Shown here one piece after another: positions 39,200 to 52,342 of a stretch of DNA of 64,000 nt. This DNA comes from Leptogorgia sarmentosa. Its lineage: Eukaryota. The translations under genes and the position numbers were made by a program. Positions within the stretch are counted from its first letter, which is position 1. Every line of letters starts with the position of its first letter. The notes beneath the pieces were generated by a model. The model was not told the DNA's origin and made no database searches. It saw nothing but the letters and a program-made list of their open reading frames with translations. The DNA lies in contig OZ210884.1 of NCBI GenBank assembly GCA_964658305.1, positions 1,922,001 to 1,986,000 on the forward strand, given 5' to 3'.

Positions 39200-42100
39200 C
39201 TAATTGTAAAAGCGGATGTGGTAAGGGCGTGACCATCGTTTCCCTACGGTGAGTCGTCCCTTCTGATTACGGTTGCTGAAGTTGTTATTTCGTGTGCACA
39301 TGTAGTAATATGTCCCAGGTTTAAACTTCAATAGCATGCCACGATAGGATGCTGGGGCGTTATTTAACTCATTATTAACTGCTTCTTTCGTGCCAAAACG
39401 GGACACGTTGTCGTAATAACCAGCGGAGGCCATACTTGTTGCAAGATCATCTCCCGTCTTTGTGTCCTCGTCGCTTGACCAAATAATTTCGGCGTTAGAG
39501 AACATTGTTGAGAGTTTGTTCGAGGTGAAAGGATAATTCACAGAGGGGCGTTTCATTTCCACTATGTTGCTTCGATCTGTGCCTGGAAAGAATGCAAAGA
39601 AATGAGTAGAATGCAAAGTAAATAGGCTTAGTACATGTACTGAAATAATTAATTTAAAGCTGGTTTCCATTGAATCGTAATTGTCGAAAAACTCGCAGCG
39701 CAAGCGTCGCCAAGCTATATCACGATTTAATGGAAACGTGAGTTGTGGCGATGATTACGACACTTACGATGATGTGGGAAGAATAGACTATTGGCGATTT
39801 TAGCAACAACGAATGCTGCGAGACCTTATGACTGGTAGCTACGATAATCACGACTTTCGCGACAGTTACGATTTAATGGGAACCATGAGGCTTCAGATTT
39901 CTAAGTTGCCACTTGTAAATTCACACAAATTCTGCATACCTGCTGTCCCTTGGCCATTATTGTTCTGTGGATTGGTGTTTGATCCTGAAAAATAAATGAT
40001 CGTAATCTCATGATTTTAATACCAGCACAGTGCCTACTGTATATTATTATGTATTGCATGCAATTATAAATTTTGCAACGGCAACACGGGCTTACCTGTC
40101 CACTGAATATGGACCAAATGACCACGTTTAATTGTCAGACGTTTCGGGATGAAGTCGTATTCTACCGCGGGATAAACTTGTACGATATTGCCCCGTTTCC
40201 CTCGGACATTCAGGTTATGGATTTCGTGACTATCCGAAACATCGTCACGCCTGGGTACGAGCTTGAACAAGTGTGATCTATCTTGAAAAGTGCGTCCGAA
40301 TTGAGCTGTGTTGATAGCAAGTTTCAGTTGCATTTTAACTTTACCAACTTCTACTGTTGGATTATTTTGCACGGGAGATTCTACACCATTATTCCTAGAA
40401 ACAAAAATGACTTATTTGAGAATAACGATAACTATTCCAATGTAGTTAATATCACGGTACCAAAATGAGTTGAAGATTTTTCATTTTGCCTTACGCAAAG
40501 CATGATTTTAATTTTGATTTTTTCAGATAAGTCGTATAAGTGAACAAGACGCACGAATCAGTTCGTGAGGCATGCCCAGGTAAATGTTCAAAAATCGTGA
40601 AATCACGTTAGTTGATAGGTTTATACGAATTTTTGTATCTTATATCAACATGTCCGCGAGAAGATGAGCTACCAGTTGAACATGTAGCTATAATATAACA
40701 AAATTATCACATCTTTTGGTATTAAGTGAAAAATAGAACTAGGTAGTTTTTCCAAGGGCCGCTAAGCTTTTATCATCTTTAGCGAATGCTGGAAATTTGC
40801 CAGCAGTTGAACGGCTTCGACTGTGGCGGTTCTTCGATTACGGCGCCCGCGACTCGAGAAAATGAAGAAAAAACAATAAAAAAAGATTAAAAGCGCGATC
40901 GGAAATTATAGACTCGATGACGTACCGTCCAGAGGTAATGAATACATATTTTCTCAAATTATAACCCAGAACTTAATTCTTACGCAATATAACCCTATTT
41001 TTTTATCCCATTATTGCTTATCAGGTACATATATTTTCCTCGTTTCCCTTCTGCTAATATGAAATTCATAGCTTATCCTACGCCAATACAGTTCAACGAC
41101 ATACACAATACTTACGGATCATTGTTTTTATCGGCGAACGTCCTATATGGTTGGTAATCTCCAGTGGTAATATTGTACCTATATGAAAAAAAAGTAGGAA
41201 AATAATAATAATTATCATCTCTTTTTTTATCAGTTCATCACAACATTTCATCAAATTAGGTTTGAAATTTCTTTTTCCTGGTATCGGTTTTTGTATCTGC
41301 GCTGTCGCAGATACTATGCTATCGACTTTGTTCACTGTTCACTTGCAGCCAATCAGCGGCGAGCTTTTGTTTACAATGACGTTATGCAATATGGCGGCCG
41401 TCGAGGAGTGAAGGCGATGTTGAAATGCTTTTACTGGGAAAATGTGTTGAAATACGAATGGTTAAATAAACAATTTTGACTTTCTGAATTCCAGGGAATG
41501 TTGTAATTCAACAAATTATTTAAAACAACAGGGGACAAATTTCGCCGTTTCGGTCTTGTATAATTCACTTCGTGTATTGCAGTCAATGATTGCAGTTGTA
41601 TTGCGCAATATTTGTACGGTGTTTCCGCATTGTTTCGCGAATTTCATTTAAATAGAATTGAAGAAATCTTGAATTTATTTTAATTTCTTTCTTTTTTGTT
41701 TCTGTCTTTTTTTTCAATTGAGGTCTCTTTAATAGTTTGAATTGAATTTCGATAATAATGTTTAAAATGGACCAGTCCACTTGTAATTACATTTTTGACC
41801 TTCGAGTGTTTCCAATTTGGAACAGCAAGTATCTAGTTTATCAGAGTCAAAGGGTTATTTAAGGATTTAAAGGAATAGCAGTAATCCGATAATGTGACAG
41901 AAGTTACACATGATGATTGTTGGTGGTTATATACTATAAGCTGCAGATACATGTATGCTTTGGGTACCTATTTTTTGTAAACTAACTAACCTCAAGCGTA
42001 AGACGCATCTTTGTGTTTTACCAGACGGAAAATATGGAATGACCCAATCGTAACGTACAGGTTTCACATTACGAGCATTCCCTAAATGATTTGATCTTGT

Positions 42101-45100
42101 ACGTGGAGCTTGCCGACAATCTGGCTTCGCCAGCTTAACAAGGCATCGTTTTAACTTTTCGACATCATCACCAACCATTTTCAAGTTATCAATGTCTTCC
42201 GATCGATATGGAATGGCCCAAATAAGAGGAACTTTCGGGCAACTTGCCTTCTTGCATTTTGCCTCTGTGTCTGCTTTGGGGTATTCTTCAAGATAATTGC
42301 TGAATGAAACCCAGAAGCCTCCACTTTTTTCGCAATCAGCTTTGTTGTTGAAAGAAGAGTCATGGCGGAAACCATCTGCTTTTGAATCGTAGTATTGAAG
42401 ACATTCCCCTGTAGGAAAGGATGTAAAAGCTTTACTGAGTTAAAAAAAAAGGCTTGGAAAAATACATTATCCATGCACCTATCAAAGATTCGATTAAATT
42501 CAAAATCATATAGTGCGAGAAAATGATTACAAAGATCAACCTCGAGGAAGTTTCCGCATCGTGCCCTGCCTGTATATGTAGGTAATATCAGTTGATCTCT
42601 GCATGTTCATTAATTCGAAACAAGTTAACGGAAATTGTACCATGTCTGTCAAGAAACCGACAACAATTTGCATTCCCACTGCATGTTCCATTTTTGTCAA
42701 ATAGTTTTGAACAACGTAAGAAGAACTTGGGTATATATCCGGTCTGTTAAAATGTTATCACAGCAGCACGATACACTCTCGCCGTCGTGTATTGACAATA
42801 ATAAGCAAAAGCCTTGTGTAACAAGGACGTTCAAGTATATTAAGCATTTGTTTAAGAGCTCGAAAAGGATATGAGGAATCGTTGAAGACGAGGTTTAACA
42901 TAAGTAACACAAACCGACGCCTTAATAACCTGAATTATTATATGCCTTTTCAAAATTCACTATTCTGATTGGTTGACAAGCGGTCCGTTAAAACCCATAT
43001 CCGGACCGTGATCCGTATTTTCCGTATCTGGACCGATGTCCCGGATGTCGTTTATGTGGCGGGAAATTTCGCTTTGCAAACAGAAATACTTTTTTGTTTT
43101 TAAATTTTCCAATTTAAAATTTGCAGAGAAAAATTTCAAACAACCAAATTGTTTTCGATTAAGCATGTCTACCGTATACTGTTACCAAGTGAAACTGACG
43201 ATAGCCGATATAATTCGCACGAAAAGCCTATGCTCAGACTCAATTCATCCATATAATTAACAGATTATTCACCTCGCTTGTTCGGTTTGTACTGTGAACT
43301 ATCAGACCTCGGCATTTTGCATTGACCTCGCTCCTTCGTCGCTCTGTCCATACTAAGAAACCTCGGTCCAACATTTCACAGTACAAACCCCACGCTCGGT
43401 CAATAACCCTTTAAAATCCGACGAAAACCGAATTTATGTAATAATAGTTTTGTTATTTATTTGTATATTTATTCGACTTAGGGTGAACGCATTGTACATA
43501 AGAAACTTTCTTTGAGAAAACCATTTGTATTTTTCAGCTTTTGGCATAAGCAGCATAAATTAGTCGACGTCATAGGGTGATATTATTTTCAATATACGAT
43601 ATAATTAAGAAATAGATAACGAGTCGCGTGCCATTATGCTGTTATAATGCACGAGGGAAATGTTGGGAGAATACGAGAGAATCGCGTAAAACACGAGGCG
43701 TAGCCGAGTGTTTTACGCGATTCTCGAGTATTCTCACAACATTGCCCGAGTGCAATTATAACAGCATAATGGCACGCGACGAGATTTTCTATTTCTTTTA
43801 TAATATAAGAGAATATTAGCGCAACAAAAAACTTCGTTAGGAAGATCAAAATTACAATTCTCTTTACATGTAATCAAGCGTGTTCTCAAATGTTGCCAAG
43901 TAGCAACACAGCTTTATTCCTTTAGCTGAGCGAAAGCAAACAATTCAAGCGTTTTTTATGGATGTATTTTTAGTATATATGTATTTTTATTGTCTTTTTG
44001 TCAAACCAAAGAGTCGCGGGAGAAATTTAATAGCTAGATGCGTGCATTACGCTGTTATAATGCACGCTCATTAGCCAATCACGTTGCAGATTTTACCCCA
44101 CTTATATTATAATTACGTAATAATGTCGTATAATTTACCCACTACTCTTGTCCAATCAAAACTCTTGAATTATTCGAAATTGTTCGGTTGATGTTTTAAG
44201 TTAAACATGTTGGATATAATTTCTGCTTGAGCATGAGAGATATATGTATATAATTTAAAAATTGAACTTGAACACGAAGCTTATTATAATACTGACCTCT
44301 AGGTTTCACATTGAAACTATCTATCTCGTAATATGGGCAGCTAGCCTTATAAAAAGGAAAGACCGCTATGTCAATCCAGTCAGTAGGATGCCAGTAAGGA
44401 TAATAATCTCGTTCTTCAGGACATTCGTAACCACGTCGATCACCATTTGCGTTTTGTCGGGTGTACTGGCTTGTGTCGCCTTGCAGATTCTGGTCAGCAG
44501 TAAATAATCCTATGAATCAACAATTGATAAGCCCTGTTAATTGGTCCAGTCTCGTTTTCCACTCGCCCTAACGTTTGTTAGGGGTCACGAGTGCGTTTAA
44601 AACATATAGAGCATTATGTAGGTTATTTTTTGTCGAAAAAAAGCTTTCTTGTTTTAATATGTTCTGGCCTTTGCCTTTCATTTCAACATTTTTTTGACCA
44701 ACATTTTCTTCGTATTAAAATCCTTGCCTCAGTTGCTCTTAAGTTTACATCGAAGATAGAAAAAGTAAAGTTACTATGCGTTGGCCGGACTACTGGAATA
44801 ACAGCAATGATGTAATAGCGCCGGTAGCTTGCCGGTAGCTGGAAATAATGTTTGCATCAGCAATGCCCTAATCAATGAAAACTGTTAAATGAACACTTAC
44901 TAATAAGAACTTCATAATAACTCCCCCTCCCCCCCCTCTCCTCCCCCCTCGACCTCCCCTCCACCTCCCCCTCCCCCTTCCCTCCCCCTTCCCTCCCCCT
45001 TCCCTCCCCCTTCCCTCCCCCTTCCCTCCCCCTTCCCTCCCCCTTCCCTCCCCCTTCCCTCCCCCTTCCCTCCCCCTTCCCTCCCCCTTCCCACCCCCTT

Positions 45101-48100
45101 CCCTCCCTATTCCCTCTCCCTTCTCTCCCCCTTCCCTCTCCTTAAAAAATTTTGTTACTCATAATTCATTTTTCAATCTTATTCCCACCAGTTTATGAAG
45201 AATGTGGGTAACAGAAAAATTGTCAAAGTTCTTCGAGCTTTGACATTGGATAGTGTTGTACATTGTACACTGATAGTTTAAAAGTACATAACCGGAAGAA
45301 ACTTAACTTAAGCTTGTAGAGAAACAAATTATATATTATTTTGATTTAATCTGGAAACTGTTCCAACAAAACCCATAACGGTAGCATTGGCTGATTTGAT
45401 CTAAACTGTTAATGAAAACTGTTGATGATCTGTCCAAAAAAACTCACCTTTGTTTCGCTTTCTTTTGGTGCATTTGTCATACCATTCCCAGGATTCGTGA
45501 AGACCTTTCGAAAAGTCTTCTGAATCACTTTTCAATTGCTCATCCTTTTTCGAGCGACTGGTATAAGTATTTGGAGTATATGTCGGTGTAGCTGTATCGT
45601 CCCCTATAGTAAATGAAAGATAACAAGTCTACATTTTGTAAACGCTAATAAAATAAAGCATCGTTGTTTCATTTACAGATTTGCAGGAGATGGAGTTTAG
45701 ATAGGAACCTTTTTTCTAATGCATCTTGTATTGTTTCAGTATATCAGAATATCCTACGCATTTACGCATGCATGAGTAGAAAATAAACTCGTGCGATTTA
45801 AAAGCGGCAGTTCAGATTTTTCTCCGCGATAACGCAACTTCCGAAAACGGAAGCAATTCAGGAGGCACGTGCATTTTAAATCTGTTAGGCGCATACAGTA
45901 ATTTGGTTGGAAACTCTCGTATTTTAGCAAACTGGAAATTGGAATAGGGGAAAGACAAGGGAATAGTTTTGCATTGGAAAATCTCTGTTGACTTCAACAC
46001 TTAGCTGAAGTTTCCCTTTTCTGCCGGCAATGATTTTACAACAATGGCTTGCTCAAATCTTTCCTAGCGTATGTGGGAATCTTGGGGCCCTTAAGTGAAC
46101 CATGGGCGATTAACTTTAACGGTCAAAGAATTCAAACAAATCTATGAAATATGACTACAAGTTAATTGAACTCTTTTAGTCAAACAACAGCATGTAGCTA
46201 ACTATTGATGGAACGTCACATTCAAGAAGTTAAAAGGAAAATTTAAGAGCTACGGACGTTGCATAAAACAGGAGGCAGATTTCTTACCATTTCTTATTGA
46301 GTGCGTATTCAAGGTGTCATGTTTTTTGTCCTCTTGGCATCGATATTGAAGAACAAAGTTACAATTCAAATCTCGATCATGGCAGCCGTGTTGGTTGGTC
46401 CATTCTATTTTTAGCACAGATTTTCCTCGATTGAATCTATACGCTCTGCCACTCTGGAAATAGTGCTGAAAGAAGGAAAGGACATTTTCCAATGTAATCG
46501 TGAAATTGCAAGGGATGTTACTGTGTTAAAATTAAAGGGCAATGTCACCGCCGATTTAAAAAAAATAGGATTTAGTTGTTCCAGTTGTAATCAATATGGC
46601 GACCAGATCAGGTGAGTGTCTGGTGGGAAATTCGAGAAATAAACGATTATAACGCAATAGTCCAAATAGTGCATAGAAAGTTTGTAATAGGCAGCATAAA
46701 CCCATTGGATTTACCATTGGATGGGGGATTGCATGGAGGATTGCATAGAGTGTGCGGGAAATTGAAAAACTATAATTTATAAAAACACGGAAAATGTTCC
46801 TATTTCTTATATAACATGATGGATATTGTCATTCCAATACTTTTGAAATTCACGGAAATGCTATAAACAATTCTAAGGAATCCTGTCCTTTAGCTATCAT
46901 TTTCAGCACCATAATATGATACGAATACATATACACATTTTTTTCTCAGTTATCCCAAACTATTACATTCATATCTATGATACCCTTAGGAATCAAACAC
47001 CAAATTAATATATTTGCTAAATATAAGATCGATATGATTCGTTCCTATTTGCTTTTTACTGTAATTCCAACTTGTCTTCTAAGAAATTTGTAATCCATTT
47101 TTACAAAACAAAAATATTAAAGGAGGAATTATAGATTCAACGAGATGACTGTGGACTTACCATATTAAATTGATCATCCTCATTTTTTGATGCTTCGTTT
47201 GTTTTATCGCCAACATTGTATCCACCTTTGGCATTGTTCTTGAAATGTTTGAGAAAAAACATTTTAAATGTTTAGACCTTTAAACTTTATGTTATACCAT
47301 TCAGCATATACCGTAAAAACGTAAACCCTTAGAAATTCAATTGGAATTCAAACGTCTCGCGGAAGTCTGACCCCACATGTGAATCAACTATTGACAAATT
47401 AATTGTTTGTTTTTTTTGACTATACGAAACTGCTTTTCAACGATGTTTTAATTTCTTAATAATTCACTAAATACTTATGATGCATCCTCTGCACTCTTTA
47501 CTCGAGATATCGTAGGTAGATCGAGTTTAAAAATGGGCTTCGATTTTCCTTTTTTTCGGTCGGGAGTTTGCAAAAAACACGCGTGAGCGACACGAAGTCC
47601 TTGAACCAATGAAAATCGTCGTTGAATCGTTTCACGCGTGGGTGTCATGGTCATGCCACGCGCACTGCCAGTGGGTTCGTCATTTATGCACTTCATTGCT
47701 ATATGTCGTTCGTTCCGTGTTCGACAGTGGTTTGTTAGTGTAAAAATTTGGTTTTCGTTGATGAACATTAAATCCGTGGACTCAGCGATGTGCCTGGTAA
47801 TAATTACACACGCCAAGTGCGGTTGGAATTCACAGAAGAATGGCGAGCGATTCCGTGACGCTTTAATCAAACTCCAAGTAGCCCGAGTGAACGTCTGATA
47901 AGCGTCTTGTTACATTAAGATTAGTGGCTCCCCATTATGATAATATTATGACAATAGATCGTTTTCAAACCTTACGACATTATGTTGATCATTCTGAGTA
48001 CTGGTGCAACCTGTATATGTCACGCCATGAGCAGGCAGAGCTATAGTATTCAATGTACACTGAAATACTACAAATAGATATTTCTAACCGAGCAGTAGAA

Positions 48101-48480
48101 GGTATGAAGCTGTTTATTTTAGGCTGTAAGCCTGTAAAACTACCTGAGAGTCGAAAAGTCGATTGTCATTTGCTCTGTCGGCATTAGCTCCATTCAGACG
48201 ATTATTTGAACCTCTTGGATTGTGGAGGTAGATGTCCGCATCGCTCAAACTAACCAATAGTCCTGTGAGACCAAAAACACAAATTATTGAAAAAGAAACT
48301 TGTTATATTATTGATCTTCGAGTTTTCAAACACTGTATATAGAAATATGTTTTCTTCCATTTGGACAAATGCAAGTGGATCAAAATATAGCCCGAAATCA
48401 TCATGTTAACGAACATTAAAAATCCGCTCTCTACCTGCTAGAATGACAGCGGCCCCTGGCAGCATACAATTAAGCGCCAT
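39200..48480 (-). CDS. DD3-3-like secreted protein, copy C (~665 aa, no FN2 cassette)
   Basis: Exons 48435-48480 ([15 protein letters not shown]), 48144-48262, 47161-47238, 46288-46465, 45448-45603, 44297-44509, 41991-42408, 41116-41178, 40096-40394, 39940-39984, 39200-39582. Total 1998 nt, in frame, GT-AG. Confidence 0.9.
42933..43412 (+). mobile_element. Palindrome-ended repeat (internally deleted copy at ~26225-26640)
   Basis: Two alignable copies starting ATTATTATATG.CTTTTCAAAATTC.CTATT.TGATTGGTT; hairpin at 43262-43410. Confidence 0.75.
43610..44112 (-). mobile_element. Non-autonomous element with a 158-bp imperfect palindrome
   Basis: Palindrome 43623-43780 centred on GCGTAGC; GCCAATCAC at ~44074. 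Confidence 0.7.
44921..45142. repeat. Polypyrimidine minisatellite (CCCCTTCCCTC)n
   Basis: About 220 bp of nearly pure C/T with an 11-bp unit; G-rich on the sense strand of copy C. Confidence 0.95.
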
Positions 48481-48816
48481 ATTTTTCTACACAAATGAAC
48501 AACACATAGTTATGATCGAAGACAAAAGTGGTTGTGCATTAGGATACTGTTTCGACATTGTGTATACTCTATTAATTCCAAAGTTTGAAAATTTCAATCT
48601 TCAAACATATTGAAAAATAAGTCACTCTAATGGATTGAAATTAGATTGAAAAATACTATTTCAATGTACAATTCGGTTGAAAGGAGCTACTGTCAGTCGA
48701 TAAAGACCACTGAGAATCATTTCAATCTTCATAATAAATGTACCTTATACCGCAGACTGAAGACAAATAAAATTTCAAATGTAAATGTTCGACTCACCGG
48801 AATGTCCAGGAATTAC

Positions 48817-48925
48817 ACAATCAGCGACAATCTTTTGGGAAGCTTCTTTCAAGAAGACGAATTGCTTTTGTGACATCAAATGCACAGCAAATGCAGAATT
48901 TATAGTCCCCGTGTCTAATTAGCAA
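48817..48925 (-). promoter_or_regulatory. Putative TATA promoter and non-coding exon 1 of copy C
   Basis: TATAAAT at 48898-48904 (minus), donor gtaatt at 48816, acceptor tgtag 6 nt before the ATG (48486). CTAATTAG just upstream of the TATA is conserved in both B and C. Confidence 0.72.
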
Positions 48926-51900
48926 TCAAAACTCCTCCTCTGCCTCTCCGTCTCTGTTTTTTGTCTGTGTCTTCATAATATTTCAATGAGTAGAATAATT
49001 GAGCACTTCACATGCAAAGTGTTGGAAACCTCTCAGACTGACTCGACACCCCTAACTAACGCATGCGGAATAACACGCACTGAGTACACACAAGAAAAAA
49101 GTAGGATTATTAGGAGGAGTCACCCACGCATAAGGTCAAATGCAGTTTGTCAAAAAATGCAAAACAAAACCACTGAAACGAATGCATTGTTTGAACTTGA
49201 AAGTCCCTGCACTAGCTTAATCCACAATATTGAAATGACTGATTGATTAAGTAATGTTAATAAGATTTTAAATCCCGACGAGCAAAAAGATTTAAAAACG
49301 TCCACTTCACAATGGAGTACAATATCTATGAACGATTCTGACAAAATTGGACGCATTTTTGTGTGAGTTCAGGTTTCGTGCATTGAAATTCAAAGTGGAT
49401 GGGGTTATTTTGGGACACCCTGTTGAAATATTTCTCTTGCTGTTGAATCTGGGCAATTTGCAAATTTATAATAAAAATAAAGAACTTTTATTGAAACGGA
49501 TTCGTCATTAAAAAAAACGATCATATAATTACAGATATATTCAAATAATTTATGTATAGAAAGTAATACCATAAGTTAGATTAAACCGTGCTATAGTCAA
49601 AAAGTTTGACATCTGCTCAGTAAGAGCAGTGTCAGTCACTAGTGAAGTTCGCAAATTTATAATTGCTTCGAAAACGAACAGCAACACAAACGGTGAAAAT
49701 ATTTCTTCGTTTTGGGACCTGTGTGCTGTACAAGTTGATGACAGCTTTGATTTTTCATAAGTGGCTTGGCGGCTGCATTTGACAGAAGTTGCCGTGATAT
49801 CTGGGTTACATCAAGCAAACGAAATAAATGAATCCTCCAGGACATAAATTTAGTTTACTGTGAGATTTAATTTAATTGCATGCTAATAGTTTGTGAGAAG
49901 TATATTAAAACCAGAAATTCCGAAATCCTTCGCTTTTTATTAATTTCATTCAATATATTTGTCAGTTCCGACATCACAATCAGAATGACAATGGACCTTA
50001 TAATTATATATAACAATTATTAAATTCCAACCTTAATAATAATTTTGCCTGCAATAATTAAAGGTAAAAATCGTGAAATGGCCAAGTTCCGTCTCTAGGT
50101 TTAACTCACTAAATACCTTTCAAAAAACTTCCGTGTTATTGCGTTTGATCACGTTTTTCTCTACAGAGGTTAAATGCAATACAACCACTTAGACAGATTT
50201 CCATGCAACAGGAAAGAGGAAGAACGTGGGTAGAGGCTGAGTCAGAAAAAACCTGCCAAACCTGCTATCGGCGAGGTTATTGCTGAAATTTGACCATTCC
50301 ATGTGCAAGTTGACCTGGAATGAATAATGTTACAAAGAGTTCCATGCAAATTTTTTACTACTTAGTGATTCACTTATTGAACTGGTAAGGCGAGTTACTC
50401 GTTTGAACCATCTAAACATTTCACCGGAAAACCCATAAATTTTTATTGAAGACGACCTAATTTACAACAGTTCCTTTGCCCTACAATTATTTGATCATGA
50501 CATGATAAGTCATCATCCAAGCAAGCAAAATCATCATGAATTAATTCACAAATATAATTGTTATTTCGACCAAAATTCGACGCCTTTATCCTTCAATCGT
50601 CTCACTCGATCGAAGAGACGGCGGCAGGTGAAGATATTTATTATTTACTTTGCGTGTTTGTGTTGCTGTTCATTTTAGTCTTTAGAAACTATTTTAAACT
50701 TCCAGAGTCGTAACTCGTGACATTCGCTCCCTTCAAAATCGGATAAAGATATTTCTGCCCCCCCTGAAAAAATTTATCCCGCACGCTAATGTTTTTGGGC
50801 CAACCCACAGTCGACCTAATTGGTCGACAGGATCGGTTAATGTAAAGTTCGACGTTTGAACCAGGCCTAAGCAGACAGTCTGCGTGTATAGTGTACTGTT
50901 TAGCAAACATATACGACCACAGCTATAACAATGATGTGCAATGATCTCTTCTATGTATAATATGAAACAAAATCCGAAAGTTATCGCTTCGTAAAAGTTA
51001 ACGTGCTGGGTTATTAAGAAAGCAACATTCAGGTTCACTTGTTTTCAAACACAATTAACTTCCTTAGCAAAGAGTTTACTTGAATTCAAAATTACATAGC
51101 TAATATTACTGTTTCTTATCTTGAAAGCACCTGAGTTTTCCAATCTATCTCATAATAATATGTTTTGCGTGAGAAGAAGTCGGATCACGATGCATAATTT
51201 GTTGTCACTATTCACCTACTGCTTTATAGAGGCCTGCTATAAACATTATCTACATGGCACATTCTTTATACATCCACGCATAACGTGGGAGTGATCCGAA
51301 ACCTCTTGGAAGGAAACGCGATGGAATAATTATAACAATAAACAGGGATTGTCGGCTTTTTTTCAGTCTGTCTTCGTTCTGTCCACGAAAGCTGTCACTT
51401 GATCTATTGTCAATGACGTTTGCGAGATGAATTTTTGCTCACCATGCAGATAAGTTATCTTGCGTTTAGGTACTGGATTGAAATTGTAATCCTTATTGAT
51501 TCGATCGTGCTGTTCGACGATCCATTATAGCGAAATATTTTCAATAAAGATTGTCATTTGTATTCCATATGTCTCGTTCCGTATGCAAAGTTATTCACAA
51601 ACGAGTTCATTCTAGAAAGTTTGTAATGAACTGCTCAACTGAGCTCATTTCAAAGCAAATATAAAATACAGGCCATCTTGAATCGTCATTGTTGGCATAA
51701 CAACAGTAATGACTTCACTTTTCTGATCAGTTTTCAAATTTCGATATTTAAAGACCGTCTTCACTTCGAGAAGTTGATCGTTGATGCATTATAACAGTAG
51801 CGAAGCACTTTAAAACTTAGTCAATAAAAAAAGTCACCAGGTTTAATAATATGCCGACTTTATCGCAAAGTCATTGTGAATATGATTGAATTTATTCTTA

Positions 51901-51943
51901 TTCCCGGGATAAACGACATTGCACAATCGCTATATGACATTTA

Positions 51944-52342
51944 CAGGGTGTATAAAAAAGGGAACGCTTTCAAAGTCGTATTGTAGTATTTTCACATGCA
52001 TAATCCCTCGTCAAATTGATATGCGTACTACACACTCCCAAGTTCTTTTACACACTGGCATCTGGACGAAATTAATAATACTTAAATGCAAACGGATTTC
52101 CAACAATTTGCTCTTCATGTAAAAATTGCTCAGAAAAATATACAACATGCATATTAATTTTTTTGACACTACCGTCAATTTCATATTATTAGTTCTAATT
52201 TGCATTCAAGTATTGTCCGATGACTGTGAATGACCTTGTGTTCATGCCCAACATTAATTTTAAGCAAATAGCGATGTTAAAAATGCCACAATGCCCTGCA
52301 GGTAATTTGAATTTGAGAGGCTTAACTTTTTTATGTACCCTG
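51944..52342. mobile_element. Tc1/mariner-type MITE
   Basis: TIR CAGGGTGTATAAAAAAG / CTTTTTTATGTACCCTG flanked by TA on both sides. A related end occurs at ~23563. Confidence 0.7.

Noticed and set aside
43623..43780. Palindromes as pre-miRNAs or terminators
   Set aside because: They sit at the ends of dispersed repeats in either orientation relative to the host genes, and their GNA triloops and CGAG mismatches are DNA-type stabilising motifs. An RNA role is not formally excluded.
44912..45094. Gly/Glu/Arg-rich ORF
   Set aside because: It is the translation of an intronic 11-bp minisatellite.
47475..47898. 131-aa and 86-aa ORFs in copy C intron 2
   Set aside because: No recognisable motifs and no counterpart in B. 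Likely an insertion.
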